Source: Fusobacteriia bacterium UBA1095 (GTDB lineage: Bacteria > Fusobacteriota > Fusobacteriia > Bac17 > UBA816). Taken from it: a stretch of 64,000 nucleotides of DNA. The stretch is taken from contig DCBY01000030.1 of assembly GCA_002313635.1 (NCBI GenBank), positions 3,368 to 67,367 of the forward strand, given 5' to 3'. The notes below the pieces were generated by a model. The model searched no databases. It was not told the origin of the DNA and worked only from the letters and a program-made list of their open reading frames with translations. The position numbers were made by a program, and so were the translations under genes. Positions 42,125 to 51,720 of the stretch are shown in pieces. The first letter of the stretch is position 1. Every line of letters starts with the position of its first letter.

Positions 42125-42640
42125 TTACAATTCTACAAAATTCACCCTATCTATACTGAGTGTTATCCGTGATGGAGATGATTCGTTATCATCATTATCA
42201 TTTGTCATTAATTTACATTCTGCAGATATTGTATTATTAGACTTCTTTAACAGAATTTCAAAATCAGATTCTTCATTTTCTTCATTTTTTATTTGTATTA
42301 ATTTATTGTTTTGGTCTAGGTTGATTAGTGATATAGAGGTACCTTCTGTGTCTCTATACAGTAAAGAGCGTTCAAAAATTGATCCCACAAGAGCTTCATC
42401 TAGGATAACACTTTCATTTGACACCTTAACTGCAGAAAAGATAATAGGGATATAAGTTTTGAAATATTGCTCTTCAATAGCGACTACTTCCATACTTTTG
42501 CCATCTTCATCAAAGTATTGTATAGTGCTGTTATCAAGATTAACATTCATCCTTTTATAACCTTCAAAAGGAAAGAAATTGTTACTGCTACTACTATTTG
42601 CAGATGAGCAAGATAGCAATATATAGAGAATAAAAAACAT
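42125..42640 (-). CDS. small lipoprotein (ILLSC), family Y member 2
   Basis: Start moved to MFFILYILLSC, which has RBS GAGGTGA. Paralogy as above. Confidence 0.55.
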   Translation of the reverse strand: MFFILYILLSCSSANSSSSNNFFPFEGYKRMNVNLDNSTIQYFDEDGKSMEVVAIEEQYFKTYIPIIFSAVKVSNESVILDEALVGSIFERSLLYRDTEGTSISLINLDQNNKLIQIKNEENEESDFEILLKKSNNTISAECKLMTNDNDDNESSPSRITLSIDRVNFVEL

Positions 42641-42714
42641 CCTTATCACCTCAAATAAAATATTATCTGAAAAAGGCAATAAAGCAATTTTATTTTAAAT
42701 ATCTATATATTAAC

Positions 42715-42969
42715 TTAACTTATCATGCTATATAAATCTGATGCATTCATTGAGTCTGATAACTCTTCATGAAGGTGATTAAGATTCTTCTCTTGGGCAT
42801 CTCTTAAAACCAGAATATCTCTGAGCAGATCAGCGGAAAGACCCTCTATATCTCCTTTGATAATTCTAATCTTAGCCTTGTAAGACAGCTCTACAACTGC
42901 CTTCGCCATTTTATCCAAAGATTCTATTGCTTCGTTAAGTTTTCTAATTTCTGTCAACTTATTTTTCAT
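42715..42969 (-). CDS. hypothetical small coiled-coil protein (84 aa)
   Basis: ORF with start at MKNKLTEIRKLNEA…; no motif recognised. Confidence 0.4.
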   Translation of the reverse strand: MKNKLTEIRKLNEAIESLDKMAKAVVELSYKAKIRIIKGDIEGLSADLLRDILVLRDAQEKNLNHLHEELSDSMNASDLYSMIS

Positions 42970-43082
42970 GCTGCGTATCCCCTGGAATACTTTATAGTCA
43001 TAAAATACTAGCACAAAAAACCATTTAATTGAAGCATATAATTTTGTGAATTTGTTTGGTATAATCCTTTTTAGAGGTGAAA

Positions 43083-45437
43083 ATGTATAAGTTTAAAGAG
43101 ATAGAAAGTTCTCAACAAAAAAAGTGGGAAGAGAAAAAAATTTTTAATACAGACTCTTATTCCAATAAAAAGAGATACTATGTACTTGAGATGCTGCCAT
43201 ATCCTTCAGGTGCCTTGCATATGGGGCATGTTAGAAATTATTCTATAGGTGATGTAGTTGCAAGGTACAAGAGAATGCAAGGATTTGAAGTTATGCACCC
43301 AATAGGCTGGGATTCCTTCGGATTACCAGCTGAAAATGCAGCCATAAAAAGAGGAATCAACCCAAAAGATTGGACTGATGAGAATATATCTCAAATGAAG
43401 TTACAACTGAAAAAGTTAGGTTTTTCATATGATTGGTCCAGAGAGATAAAGACATCTTCTCCAAGTTACTACAAATGGAATCAGTGGTTGTTTTGCAAAA
43501 TGATAGAAAAAGGCCTAGCTTATAGAGAAAAAGCCTTTGTGAATTGGTCAGAGAGTATGCAGACGGTGCTTGCTAACGAACAGGTAGAAGCAGCCTTTTG
43601 CAGTGGTAAGGGTGATGATATAGTGCAGAAGGAGCTTACGCAATGGTTTTTTAAAATAACAGACTATGCTGAAGAGTTGCTAAGTGGTTTAGACGAGATA
43701 GATTGGCCAGAGAATGTAAAGATAATGCAAAAGAATTGGATAGGAAGAAGTGAAGGTGTAGAACTAGAGTTGGACATACCAGGTTTTGATTCTATAAAAG
43801 CGTTTACTACAAGGCTTGATACTGCATATGGCATCACCTTTGTCTCAATATCTAAGAGTCATTGGTTTATACAGCATCTGGGTGATGAAGTAAAGAACTT
43901 TGTGAAGCAGACTGTGGAAGACAAAGATGGTGGAAGAGGTATTTTTACAGGACATTACGCTGTGAACCCATTTAATGGAGAGAGGGTTCCCATATATGTT
44001 GCAGATTACGTTCTAGACTATGGAACTAAAGCAGTTATAGGTGTTCCTGCACATGACATTAGAGATTGGGAGTTCGCGCAAAAGCACGGAATAAAAGTTA
44101 GAGAGGTTATAGTTTCTGAGGAGCTACCCAATGCAGAGAAGGGAATTTTAACAAATTCTGATGAGTTTGATGGGATGACTTCAGATAAAGCTATAGAAGC
44201 TATGCTATCCAAGATGTCTCATCTAGGCCTAGCATCCAAAAAAGTTAATTATAGATTGAAAGATTGGTTGATATCCAGGCAGCGATATTGGGGAACTCCT
44301 ATACCTATAAAATATGAAAATGGAATAGAACTTGATAGAGAACTCCCTGTTGAGCTACCTGAAGATGTTGAATTTTCAGGTAGTGGTAATCCTATAAAGA
44401 CATCTAAATCATTTGGAGATAGTAGAGAGACAGACACAATGGATACATTTGTCGATTCATCCTGGTACTACTTAAGGTACTTAGACAGCAATAACGAAAG
44501 AGAGATATTTGATGGTGAAATAGAGAAGCATTGGCCTCAGATTGATCTCTACATAGGTGGAGTAGAACATGCAGTGATGCACCTACTGTATGCTCGTTTT
44601 ATACATAGGGTTATGAGCGATTTAGGACTTACAACAAAAAAAGAGCCGTTCAAAAGGTTGCTTACTCAAGGTATGGTTCTATCCAATTCCTATTACAACA
44701 AAAGGGATAATAAATATTATTTCCCTAAGGATTTACCAGAAAATTTGGATGATTTTGACGTTAAGATGGAGAAGATGTCAAAATCCAAAAATAATGGGGT
44801 AGCTCCAGAGGAGATGGCAGACAAATATGGGGTAGATGCAGTTAGAATTTTTATACTTTTTGCTGCACCTCCAGAGAGAGACCTAGAATGGAATGAAAAA
44901 GGAATAGCAGGAGCTGCTAGGTTCTTGAATAGAGTACATCAGCTTGTAGAGGAATTTGAAGTTAAGGAGGTAGAAGAAGATAGCGAATTACTAAGAAAGC
45001 TTCACTATACAATTGACAAAGTTACAAATGTTATGGAGACTAATCTTCATTTTAATGTAGCTATTGCTGCCTTGATGGAGCTCCTTAATACAATGTATGA
45101 AAAGAGAGACTTTTTGAATTTAGATGCATTGATGGATTTCCTTAAGCTTTTAAGTCCATTCGCTCCACATATTTCTGATCACTTGCTCCAAAAATTAGGT
45201 GGTCAATTCTTCATAAAAGAGAGCTGGCCTGAGGTGGATAATAGGTATTTGAAGAGAGAAGTACTAAGTGTACCTATACAAGTTAACGGTAAGCATAGAG
45301 GAGTTATTGAAGTTAATGATAATATGGAGAAGGAACAAGTATTAACTTTAGCCAAGGAGGCTGTCTCTAAATATATAAATGGAAATATTAAAAAAGAGAT
45401 CTATGTTACAGGAAAGATCATAAATTTTGTGGTATAG
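43083..45437 (+). CDS. leuS: leucyl-tRNA synthetase
   Basis: HMGHVRNY (HIGH) and KMSKS motifs; CP1 editing domain. N-terminus MYKFKEIESSQQKKW resembles LeuRS starts. Confidence 0.95.
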   Translation: MYKFKEIESSQQKKWEEKKIFNTDSYSNKKRYYVLEMLPYPSGALHMGHVRNYSIGDVVARYKRMQGFEVMHPIGWDSFGLPAENAAIKRGINPKDWTDENISQMKLQLKKLGFSYDWSREIKTSSPSYYKWNQWLFCKMIEKGLAYREKAFVNWSESMQTVLANEQVEAAFCSGKGDDIVQKELTQWFFKITDYAEELLSGLDEIDWPENVKIMQKNWIGRSEGVELELDIPGFDSIKAFTTRLDTAYGITFVSISKSHWFIQHLGDEVKNFVKQTVEDKDGGRGIFTGHYAVNPFNGERVPIYVADYVLDYGTKAVIGVPAHDIRDWEFAQKHGIKVREVIVSEELPNAEKGILTNSDEFDGMTSDKAIEAMLSKMSHLGLASKKVNYRLKDWLISRQRYWGTPIPIKYENGIELDRELPVELPEDVEFSGSGNPIKTSKSFGDSRETDTMDTFVDSSWYYLRYLDSNNEREIFDGEIEKHWPQIDLYIGGVEHAVMHLLYARFIHRVMSDLGLTTKKEPFKRLLTQGMVLSNSYYNKRDNKYYFPKDLPENLDDFDVKMEKMSKSKNNGVAPEEMADKYGVDAVRIFILFAAPPERDLEWNEKGIAGAARFLNRVHQLVEEFEVKEVEEDSELLRKLHYTIDKVTNVMETNLHFNVAIAALMELLNTMYEKRDFLNLDALMDFLKLLSPFAPHISDHLLQKLGGQFFIKESWPEVDNRYLKREVLSVPIQVNGKHRGVIEVNDNMEKEQVLTLAKEAVSKYINGNIKKEIYVTGKIINFVV

Positions 45438-45441
45438 ATAG

Positions 45442-45474
45442 AAAAAAGACCCTCTTTTAAAAGGGTCTTTTATA
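45442..45474. terminator. bidirectional rho-independent terminator between convergent leuS and the lipoprotein gene
   Basis: aaaAGACCCTcttttaaaAGGGTCTttt hairpin flanked by T-runs on both strands. Confidence 0.5.
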
Positions 45475-45476
45475 TC

Positions 45477-46700
45477 TTATTGTGATGATGTCATATCAAA
45501 CTCACCTTCAATTAGAAGGATTGAGTTGCCGGAGTGGTCAGGTGAAATTGATGTTGATTGAATGTGATCATTTTGATGAGTTATGACAAATGATGAAATT
45601 TCAGATATTTCATGTGTTACTCTGTTGTAAAATTCATTGACCTGAATATTTTTTGATGTCACTCCTTCATATGATGTTGAAAGAGAGTAATATACTTTTG
45701 CTTTACTGTCATCAACAAATAGTATAGATATGTTAATGTTGCCGAGATCATCTCTAAAGCTAACACTTGTATCTCTTACCTCTAGTTGAAATGTAAGGGT
45801 AGTCTCATCAAAAATTGTAGTATTTTCAAGCCCTGTTACTGTCGATAAGTCAAGATCACCTATGTCAATATTGAAATTGTTGTCTTCAAAATACTGTAGC
45901 TGCTCAGGATGCGCCGCTAAATCTGTTTCTGCTTGCGTTATAGCTAAACTTACCTTTGAAAGAAGTTTTGGCAGTATCTTCTTTACTGTTTTGTCAACAG
46001 CATTTGCACTGCCCTGCTCTAGGGTCTTGGTTCCATCGTACCTAAATACATTGAAGAGGCTCTCTCCGTAATTTGTGAATTGTGTTAAAGATGCCTCATT
46101 TCTAATTAGTTGTTTAAATTTGTTAGAGTCCACATCTTTTTGATTTTCAGGGACCAATTTAAAAATCCATCCAAGGCCACCATCAAAACTTGCCTTTACT
46201 TCAGTGTTTCCCTCATGTAAATTAGCGAAATTAACATCTTCCATACTTATGGCTAGTGTAAATTCATCTTCACTAACTCTATTAATGGTCATAGTTCTGC
46301 CATCAAAGTCAGGAATTTTCCAACTGATTGATGATGCTGAATTTTGAATTTTTGTCACATTGTAGGTTTCTCCATCTATCTCTATGGAGCTTAAGTCTTT
46401 ATTTTTAAGAAGTTTTAGAAGTCGTTCTTGCTCTTCAAACACAATACTTGCAGGATTAATGTGCTTTCTAATGCCTGTCTCTATCAAGGCTTTTCTAGTT
46501 GGACTGTTCACATTTTTTATATTCATAAAGACATTCAGATTACCATCCCCAATTGCTCTACTACCTAAGTAGGAATTTTCTGTAAGCTGAAATGACTTTC
46601 CTTCTGCATCAACTTTGTCTATGCTGAATCCAGTAGCTGCAGTACTACAGGACATCAAGATTGGTATAATTAGTGTTATCATAGAGTACCTCCCACTCAT
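45477..46700 (-). CDS. lipoprotein (ILMSC), family Z member 1
   Basis: Paralog of 46731-47870 (RKALIETGIRKHINPASIVFEEQ vs RKALLESSLKKVLDPASIVIGEQ; ISILFVDDSKAKVYYSLS vs ISILFIDDRKAIVYYSLS). Confidence 0.6.
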   Translation of the reverse strand: MSGRYSMITLIIPILMSCSTAATGFSIDKVDAEGKSFQLTENSYLGSRAIGDGNLNVFMNIKNVNSPTRKALIETGIRKHINPASIVFEEQERLLKLLKNKDLSSIEIDGETYNVTKIQNSASSISWKIPDFDGRTMTINRVSEDEFTLAISMEDVNFANLHEGNTEVKASFDGGLGWIFKLVPENQKDVDSNKFKQLIRNEASLTQFTNYGESLFNVFRYDGTKTLEQGSANAVDKTVKKILPKLLSKVSLAITQAETDLAAHPEQLQYFEDNNFNIDIGDLDLSTVTGLENTTIFDETTLTFQLEVRDTSVSFRDDLGNINISILFVDDSKAKVYYSLSTSYEGVTSKNIQVNEFYNRVTHEISEISSFVITHQNDHIQSTSISPDHSGNSILLIEGEFDMTSSQ

Positions 46701-46730
46701 TCTGCTATTTCAATTGACAAAAAGCAAATT

Positions 46731-47870
46731 TTATCTTTCAATTTCAAATTCTCCCTCTATCATTAGCATAGACCCTTCGCTATGTTCTGAATCTCTCTCT
46801 GTGTCAGTGATGTAGCCATTACTGTGAATTACCTTAAAAGAGGCTAAGTCATCTATGCTAAGTCCGTTTTGTAATGATAAGTTATCGTAGCTGGGGGATA
46901 AGGAGTAATATACTATTGCCTTTCTGTCATCAATAAAAAGTATAGAGATATTGATAAATCCTGGTATACCTTCATCTACTGTGTGTACAAAATTGATTAC
47001 AGGTCCCATCAATGCAGCTTTCAGCTCTAAACTGTTATTGCCAAATATTTTTGTATTTGTAAGTGTAGTGTCTGCTAAATTTAAAAGGATAGTACTACTT
47101 GTTATCTTTTTATACATTGACTCATCATATGGTGGATTAGTAGTTGAATATCCCGGTAGATGCTCAGTAACACTTTTAAGGAGGGCAGGTAATATTTGTT
47201 TGATTGTGTTGTCTACAGACACAACTGCTTCAACTGCAATGTTATTAGATCCATTTTTAGTTAATATGTTAAATTTACTATCTCCTACAGGCTGAAATTG
47301 GTCTATCAGCTCGTTATTACCCATTAATACCTGAATGCTTTTTAAGATGTTGGATAACTCTTCTTCAGGGACTATCTCATGTATCCATCCCATTTTTGCT
47401 TCTATGTTAACAAAGATTGGAGCAGCATTTTCATGAAGAAAAGGTATAACATTATCAACAGATATGGAGATACCAAATTCATTCTCACCAACTTTATCTA
47501 GCTTGATAATCTTATTGTTCATTTGAGGAATTGTGTATATTGTAGATAGAGGTAGCTCTTGTTTATCTACTGTATAAAAGTTACCATCAAACTCAACAAC
47601 ATTGTCACTGTTTAGTAGCTTAACAATAAATTGCTGTTCACCAATTACTATGGAGGCGGGGTCTAGCACTTTTTTTAGTGAAGATTCTAGTAAGGCCTTT
47701 CTAATAGGGTCATCTTCCTTTACTGTGACAGAGATATTGAATTTACTGTTTATTGCTCTCTCTGTTGTCCTATCAATTATTTTCAGAGCTTTGTTACCAC
47801 TTTCCGTGATGTTGTTTGAATTAGATTTTTGAGAGCTGCAGCTTAAAATTATTAAAAGTATTTGTAACAC
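46731..47870 (-). CDS. lipoprotein (IILSC), family Z member 2
   Basis: Paralogy as above. Confidence 0.6.
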   Translation of the reverse strand: MLQILLIILSCSSQKSNSNNITESGNKALKIIDRTTERAINSKFNISVTVKEDDPIRKALLESSLKKVLDPASIVIGEQQFIVKLLNSDNVVEFDGNFYTVDKQELPLSTIYTIPQMNNKIIKLDKVGENEFGISISVDNVIPFLHENAAPIFVNIEAKMGWIHEIVPEEELSNILKSIQVLMGNNELIDQFQPVGDSKFNILTKNGSNNIAVEAVVSVDNTIKQILPALLKSVTEHLPGYSTTNPPYDESMYKKITSSTILLNLADTTLTNTKIFGNNSLELKAALMGPVINFVHTVDEGIPGFINISILFIDDRKAIVYYSLSPSYDNLSLQNGLSIDDLASFKVIHSNGYITDTERDSEHSEGSMLMIEGEFEIER

Positions 47871-47981
47871 TGAATCTCCTAAAGAACATTATCTCTTTAA
47901 CTATCACTTTGGAAAGAATAAAATGCAATTATTTTTATCTATATTGTAAAAAGACGCTCTATGATATAGAATTTATTAGCT

Positions 47982-49991
47982 ATGAAAAAATATTTTTTTA
48001 AATTAACAGACTATATATTAGCTTTTGTGATTCTGTATCTACTATATTTAGTGGTTCCTCTGCGCCACAATTTACTAGATTTTCACATTATAAAGTTACT
48101 TACACTTGTTTTTGGGAACCTGTGGAAGATTATGCCTCTGTTTTTGATAATGTCTTCTTTTGTAAATTCTAAAAAGAAGATATACATTATGTACTTATAC
48201 TTCATTGTTATTTCGTTAAATACTTTCTACAATGTTGTCCCAAGTCCTAAGTATGTTAGTAGCATAAGACCAGTGTTTTTGGCTTATGTGGCTCCATCTG
48301 TGTTAACTTTAATGTTCTCTTACCTCTTTTGGAAAAAGAGAGATAAGAATTATATATCAGTTGCTCTTATTTCACTATTATTTCTAGTATCCATAGCGGT
48401 GAACCACTTCTCTCTTTCTGTAGGTACTTTAAAACTTCTTAATGGAGTAATAAGGTCTCAGACAGGATTAATAGGGGTTCTTATATATAGCTCACTTATA
48501 ACATCTATAGGGTTAGCTTTTTCTGTTTATCTATTAGTAATTATGTCTATGGTTCTATCTTATCTTTTGATTAAAGAGCTTGTATCCTATGTTGTAGATA
48601 CTTTTTACAAAAAGCCAATCATACAGAAGAAGAAAAAGGTAGAGGTTAATGCTTTGGATAGAATATTTAAAGAGGTAAAGATAGATCCAGATCTTATAGA
48701 AAAAGCGAACAGGGCTGTTCAGAATAAGGTATCTTTATTAGAGAATATGCTAAAAGAGTATGGAGTTGAATCTCAAGTTGTTAATACGGTAACAGGGCCT
48801 TCAATAACAAGATTTGAATTAGCTGTAGCCAAGGGAACAAGGGTAAAGAAAGTTACTGCACTGAGTGATGATATTGCTATGAATCTTGCTGCAAAAAGTG
48901 TACGGATAGAGGCTCCTATACCTGGTAAAAGTGCAATAGGTATTGAGATACCAAATGATGTCATGATGCAAGTTCACTTCTCTTCAATCATAAAGAAGAA
49001 GAATCCAAAAAATCATTTAGAGATAGTGTTAGGTAAAAATATAGTAGGAGAAGACGTTTTAGTAGATTTAAGAAAGATGCCACATCTATTAGTAGCTGGT
49101 AGGACAGGGTCTGGTAAGAGTGTTGGTATAAATACCTTTATAGCAAGTATACTTTATACTGCCTCACCTAAAGATGTTAAGATGATAATGATAGATCCTA
49201 AAATGGTAGAGTTGATGCCTTACAACGGAATACCTCACCTATATGTACCTGTTATAACTGATCCTAAACTTGCATCAAATGCCCTTAACTGGGCTGTACA
49301 AGAGATGGAGAGAAGGTATAGACTTCTTGCAGATAGTGGAGTTAGGCACATAGATAGCTACAATAATAAAGTTGAGGAGAAGATACCTTATCTTGTGATT
49401 ATAATAGATGAGTTAGCAGATCTTATGATGGTTGCACCTGCTTCAATAGAATCTTCTATAGCAAGAATAGCCCAGAAGGCTAGAGCAGTTGGTATACATC
49501 TTGTTATAGCGACACAGAGACCATCTATAGACGTAATAACTGGTACTATAAAAGCAAATTTACCATCACGAATATCTTTCTCAGTAACTTCTCAGATAGA
49601 CTCTAGAACTATTCTGGATAAGCAAGGTGCTGAAAAGTTATTAGGTAAGGGTGATATGCTATTTTTAGAGTCTGGTAAGTCTAACTTAGTTAGAATTCAG
49701 GGTGCTTACATTTCAGATGAGGAAGTTAACAATTTTGCTCAATATCTGCGTACATCAGGTATGCCAAATTATAATAATGAGATAGTTAAAGAAGTAGAGG
49801 TAGTAGATAGAGATGCCATGTATGAAAAAGCGGTAGAGATAATAACAGATGAAGGTAGAGTATCAACAAGCTTAATTCAACGTAAGTTGAAAGTAGGCTA
49901 CTCTAGAGCTGCAAGAATAATGGACCAACTTGAAGATGCAGGAATAATAAGAATAGGTCCAGGTGGGGAGAAAGAGATAGTTGAGGATTAA
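47982..49991 (+). CDS. ftsK: DNA translocase FtsK/SpoIIIE (N-terminal TM domain + motor + gamma domain)
   Basis: GRTGSGKS Walker A; IIIDELADLMM Walker B; C-terminal winged-helix gamma. Confidence 0.93.
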   Translation: MKKYFFKLTDYILAFVILYLLYLVVPLRHNLLDFHIIKLLTLVFGNLWKIMPLFLIMSSFVNSKKKIYIMYLYFIVISLNTFYNVVPSPKYVSSIRPVFLAYVAPSVLTLMFSYLFWKKRDKNYISVALISLLFLVSIAVNHFSLSVGTLKLLNGVIRSQTGLIGVLIYSSLITSIGLAFSVYLLVIMSMVLSYLLIKELVSYVVDTFYKKPIIQKKKKVEVNALDRIFKEVKIDPDLIEKANRAVQNKVSLLENMLKEYGVESQVVNTVTGPSITRFELAVAKGTRVKKVTALSDDIAMNLAAKSVRIEAPIPGKSAIGIEIPNDVMMQVHFSSIIKKKNPKNHLEIVLGKNIVGEDVLVDLRKMPHLLVAGRTGSGKSVGINTFIASILYTASPKDVKMIMIDPKMVELMPYNGIPHLYVPVITDPKLASNALNWAVQEMERRYRLLADSGVRHIDSYNNKVEEKIPYLVIIIDELADLMMVAPASIESSIARIAQKARAVGIHLVIATQRPSIDVITGTIKANLPSRISFSVTSQIDSRTILDKQGAEKLLGKGDMLFLESGKSNLVRIQGAYISDEEVNNFAQYLRTSGMPNYNNEIVKEVEVVDRDAMYEKAVEIITDEGRVSTSLIQRKLKVGYSRAARIMDQLEDAGIIRIGPGGEKEIVED

Positions 49992-50667
49992 TAGATTTAT
50001 AGCTAGTTGTGGAGTATGTTCAAGAAGAGATGCAGACAAGCTCATAGAAGAAAATAGAGTTAAAATAAATGATAATCCAGCTCAAAAGAGTGATAAAGTT
50101 GATAATGAAGATAGTGTTTTAGTAGATGGAAAGAGAATAAATTTAGAGGAGAGTGTCTATCTTGCTTTTAATAAGCCTGCAGGGTACCTTACAGCATTGG
50201 AAGATAGTAGGTCTGCAACGATAATGGACTTGATTGATGTTCCTGAACGGGTATTTCCCTTAGGCAGACTTGATCTTAATAGTGAAGGGTTATTAATTTT
50301 AACTAATGATGGAGATATGTTCAATAGATTGATGCATCCAAGATCAGAGGTATGGAAGAAATATTATGTGACACTTAGAGATAGTATTGATCTTAGTCAA
50401 GTTGAGAAAATGAAAAAGGGAGTATTTATAAATTCACTAAATTACAAGACTAAGCCTTGCAATATAGAGGTGATTAGCGATAAAGAGCTAATTATCCAAA
50501 TATCAGAAGGTAAAAAAAGACAGATAAGAAGGATGCTTGAGAGTGTTGGTAACAGAGTAAAGTACCTCAAACGGTTGTCTGTGGGGGAGATAGAATTAGG
50601 GAATCTACCTAAAGGAGAGATAAGATATTTAACTAGTAGAGAGATATCTTATCTTAAGAGTCTATGA
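49981..50667 (+). CDS. 16S/23S rRNA pseudouridine synthase, RsuA/RluB family (S4 domain + catalytic)
   Basis: S4 MRINRFIASCGVCSRRDADKLI; catalytic GRLDLNSEGLLILTNDG. Confidence 0.85.
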   Translation: MRINRFIASCGVCSRRDADKLIEENRVKINDNPAQKSDKVDNEDSVLVDGKRINLEESVYLAFNKPAGYLTALEDSRSATIMDLIDVPERVFPLGRLDLNSEGLLILTNDGDMFNRLMHPRSEVWKKYYVTLRDSIDLSQVEKMKKGVFINSLNYKTKPCNIEVISDKELIIQISEGKKRQIRRMLESVGNRVKYLKRLSVGEIELGNLPKGEIRYLTSREISYLKSL

Positions 50668-51251
50668 AATTAATATTGAAAAGAATAGATGATTTTGATA
50701 TGGACTATCTTAAGTCCAATATTTCACCAGAAAGAGTCAGAAGAGCATTAATGTTTAGGGACGAAAAGGATCAAAAAAGGCACATGCTTGGTGAGGTTGC
50801 ATTAAGGATAGCTTTGAAGGAGTTTGGACATAGAGGTAGCTTTAATTTGAGTAGAGAGCAGTTAGGAAAGCCCAAAGTAGATGTTAAAGGTTTTCATTTT
50901 AATATCTCTCACTCTGGTAAATATGTAGTACTTGCATATAGTGACACAGAGATAGGCGTAGACATAGAGATGTTAAGAGAGAGAAGAATATCATTTTATA
51001 GAGATAAATTTCATCCTGTAGAAATTGAGTACGTAGATAGCAGTGCTAATAAATTAAAGGCATTTTATGAAATATGGACTTTGAAGGAGAGTTACTTAAA
51101 AGCAATTGGTATGGGTTTAAATTGTGAATTGAACCAATTCTATATTATACCAACCAAAAGTGGGGAATATACAACCTCTTTAACTGGATTAGAAGTTTAT
51201 CAAAAATTTGGCCCAGATTATGTCATTTCTGTCTCAAAATTAATTGAATAG
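50664..51251 (+). CDS. Sfp-type 4'-phosphopantetheinyl transferase
   Basis: GKP, FNISHS, GVDIE, WTLKESYLKAIG motifs. Confidence 0.8.
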   Translation: MKLILKRIDDFDMDYLKSNISPERVRRALMFRDEKDQKRHMLGEVALRIALKEFGHRGSFNLSREQLGKPKVDVKGFHFNISHSGKYVVLAYSDTEIGVDIEMLRERRISFYRDKFHPVEIEYVDSSANKLKAFYEIWTLKESYLKAIGMGLNCELNQFYIIPTKSGEYTTSLTGLEVYQKFGPDYVISVSKLIE

Positions 51252-51297
51252 GTGGACCAAAGATGTATAATTTAATTATCAGAGGAGGTTTGTAATA

Positions 51298-51720
51298 ATG
51301 AAATATCTTGTTGACATGTTCGGTATAGGTAGGATAAAGAAAGGTGCAGGAACTTTAGCATCACTTCTTTCTGCGGTTGTGCTATTCTATCTTAAATCAA
51401 TGCTTGGTTGGTACTTATATACATTAGCTTTTATGCTTTTTTTACCTTTTGCAATAAAGCTTTGTGGAGAAGAGTTTAAAGTCTCTGGTGATGCTCAAAG
51501 TATGGTTCTGGATGAGTTTGTTGGTATGGCCAGTGTTTTAATATTTTCTGGTAAGGTGACTATTGTCAAGGTTGCTATAGGTTTTGTTATTTTCAGAATT
51601 TTGGATATACTTAAGCCATGGCCAGTATCATACTGGGATCAAGACAAGACAGAGGTTAGTGTAGTTGCAGACGATCTGCTAGCTGGTGTAATATCAGGAG
51701 TTATAATCAGCTTTATCTAG
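51298..51720 (+). CDS. pgpA: phosphatidylglycerophosphatase A
   Basis: PgpA-family length and membrane profile; GTLASLLS N-terminal block. Confidence 0.75.
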   Translation: MKYLVDMFGIGRIKKGAGTLASLLSAVVLFYLKSMLGWYLYTLAFMLFLPFAIKLCGEEFKVSGDAQSMVLDEFVGMASVLIFSGKVTIVKVAIGFVIFRILDILKPWPVSYWDQDKTEVSVVADDLLAGVISGVIISFI

